Positions 62,740-64,000 of a DNA stretch of 64,000 nt are shown in pieces. Source of the DNA: the human T2T-CHM13v2.0 reference genome, Homo sapiens. The stretch lies in the NCBI RefSeq assembly GCF_009914755.1, contig NC_060929.1. One strand, given 5' to 3'. The notes beneath the pieces were generated by a model that did no database searches, was not told the origin of the DNA, and saw nothing but the letters and a program-made list of their open reading frames with translations. Position 1 is the first letter of the stretch, and each line of letters starts with the position of its first letter. The position numbers and the translations under genes are program-made.

Positions 62740-64000
62740 TAGAAACATCTTTTGGCAGTCTATGCTTTTGTTTCTAAAGCCTAATTGATGATTATATTTA
62801 TTTGGGGATTTGTTGTTATTTTATACTTTGAAGATGATTTATTATACTGCTTAAGATTTCTTCATGTGGCTTCCTTTATCCTGATTTTGCTAATATACAA
62901 ATAATGCTCTTGGTTTGGTGAGCTGTCAACCACAAGATAATTGATTTTAAATATCTTCCCTCTGACTAATATTAGTACATATTGGAAAATTTTCTAAGTA
63001 CTAATGGAAACTTCAAGTGAACATAACACATTCTTAACCAAAAATATGCACACACTATGATATCAAGGCTAGGCAAGGATGGAAAAAGAAACATTTTTAG
63101 GATGAGTATAAGAGAAACCATTAGTAGAATGTGTCAAAAGTGCATAGATTCAGGTACACAAGTATGTCAACAAAATTGCAAAACCTGCAATTAGGGAAGT
63201 GACTGAGATTGGAAAACAACATGATCACATATCAGGAGTCACTTGAGTGGCTTGGATTGACAGCTTATTATACTGTGTTGATTGATTTCCTTTTTCCCTA
63301 GGATAATTTTGAATTGGTTATTCCCATTTCTAAGTGGCATTAACCTGCCATGTTTTGAAAGAACCCCGATATCTGATACAAACCATTATGTTTTCAGCCT
63401 CCTTTAGAAGGAGTCCTAAGTTTTCCTTTTCCTTACCAAATTCTCGCAAGTCAATCATATTTAATAATGAGAATATCCTTTTTAATTGGTGCTGTTCTTC
63501 CATCCTGACAATATCCTTGACAGTAAGGAGGTGCAATAATGGCAACACATATAAAGCCTCAGTTCAATCTGTTCTTATATTGAGACTCCACATACAAATG
63601 GCATTTAGATATCTACATGTTAGATATAATGGAAACAGATCTGAGGCTTAAGTATCACAGGTTTTGAAAACCACCTACAAGCAATTGGAGTCCTTTTGTT
63701 GGTGATTCTCCCACAAATAAAAATTTCCATTCATGGTCCAGGAATTGATATGAATTCTTGATCAGTGCTCCCTAACCACTTCTCAAGGAGTAGTAAATGC
63801 AGATGTCTATGGTAAATTTTGGCATGGATTTTCATTGGCTATATTAGTCATGTATATGTCAGAATAAATTGTGAGTCAGCAAATGCATTTTAGAGACTGT
63901 ATTTATGTGAACAAACCATAAACTTTCTCCATGTAGTGTGACGAAACAGTGACCTGTCTTTTGAAATGACAACTATTTTTGATAATCATTTTATAATCAC

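Overview
AT-rich, repeat-dense human (primate) genomic DNA with no intact protein-coding gene. An AluYb8, a human-specific subfamily, points to human origin. Nearly all listed ORFs are spurious or L1/Alu/Tigger remnants. The most unusual element is a 1.1-kb insertion at 13504-14622. It has the hallmarks of L1-mediated target-primed reverse transcription: a perfect 17-bp TSD, a poly(A) tail and poly(A) signal on the minus strand, and an L1-EN-like nick site. Its cargo is unspliced DOCK9 genomic sequence (two exons plus introns) that reads sense on the plus strand, so the mobilised RNA was antisense to DOCK9. Its 5' end lies in a MaLR (MLT1) LTR fragment. Other notable structure: four short non-tandem local duplications (about 110-255 bp, 1-2.4 kb apart), each with one copy interrupting an older repeat; two twin-primed 5'-inverted L1PA insertions with TSDs; a tailless, TSD-less, rearranged young L1 piece inside the homologous region of an older L1; and an orphan internal THE1 LTR fragment. 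Repeat subfamily names come from recalled consensus motifs, not from a database search, and boundaries of old repeats are approximate.
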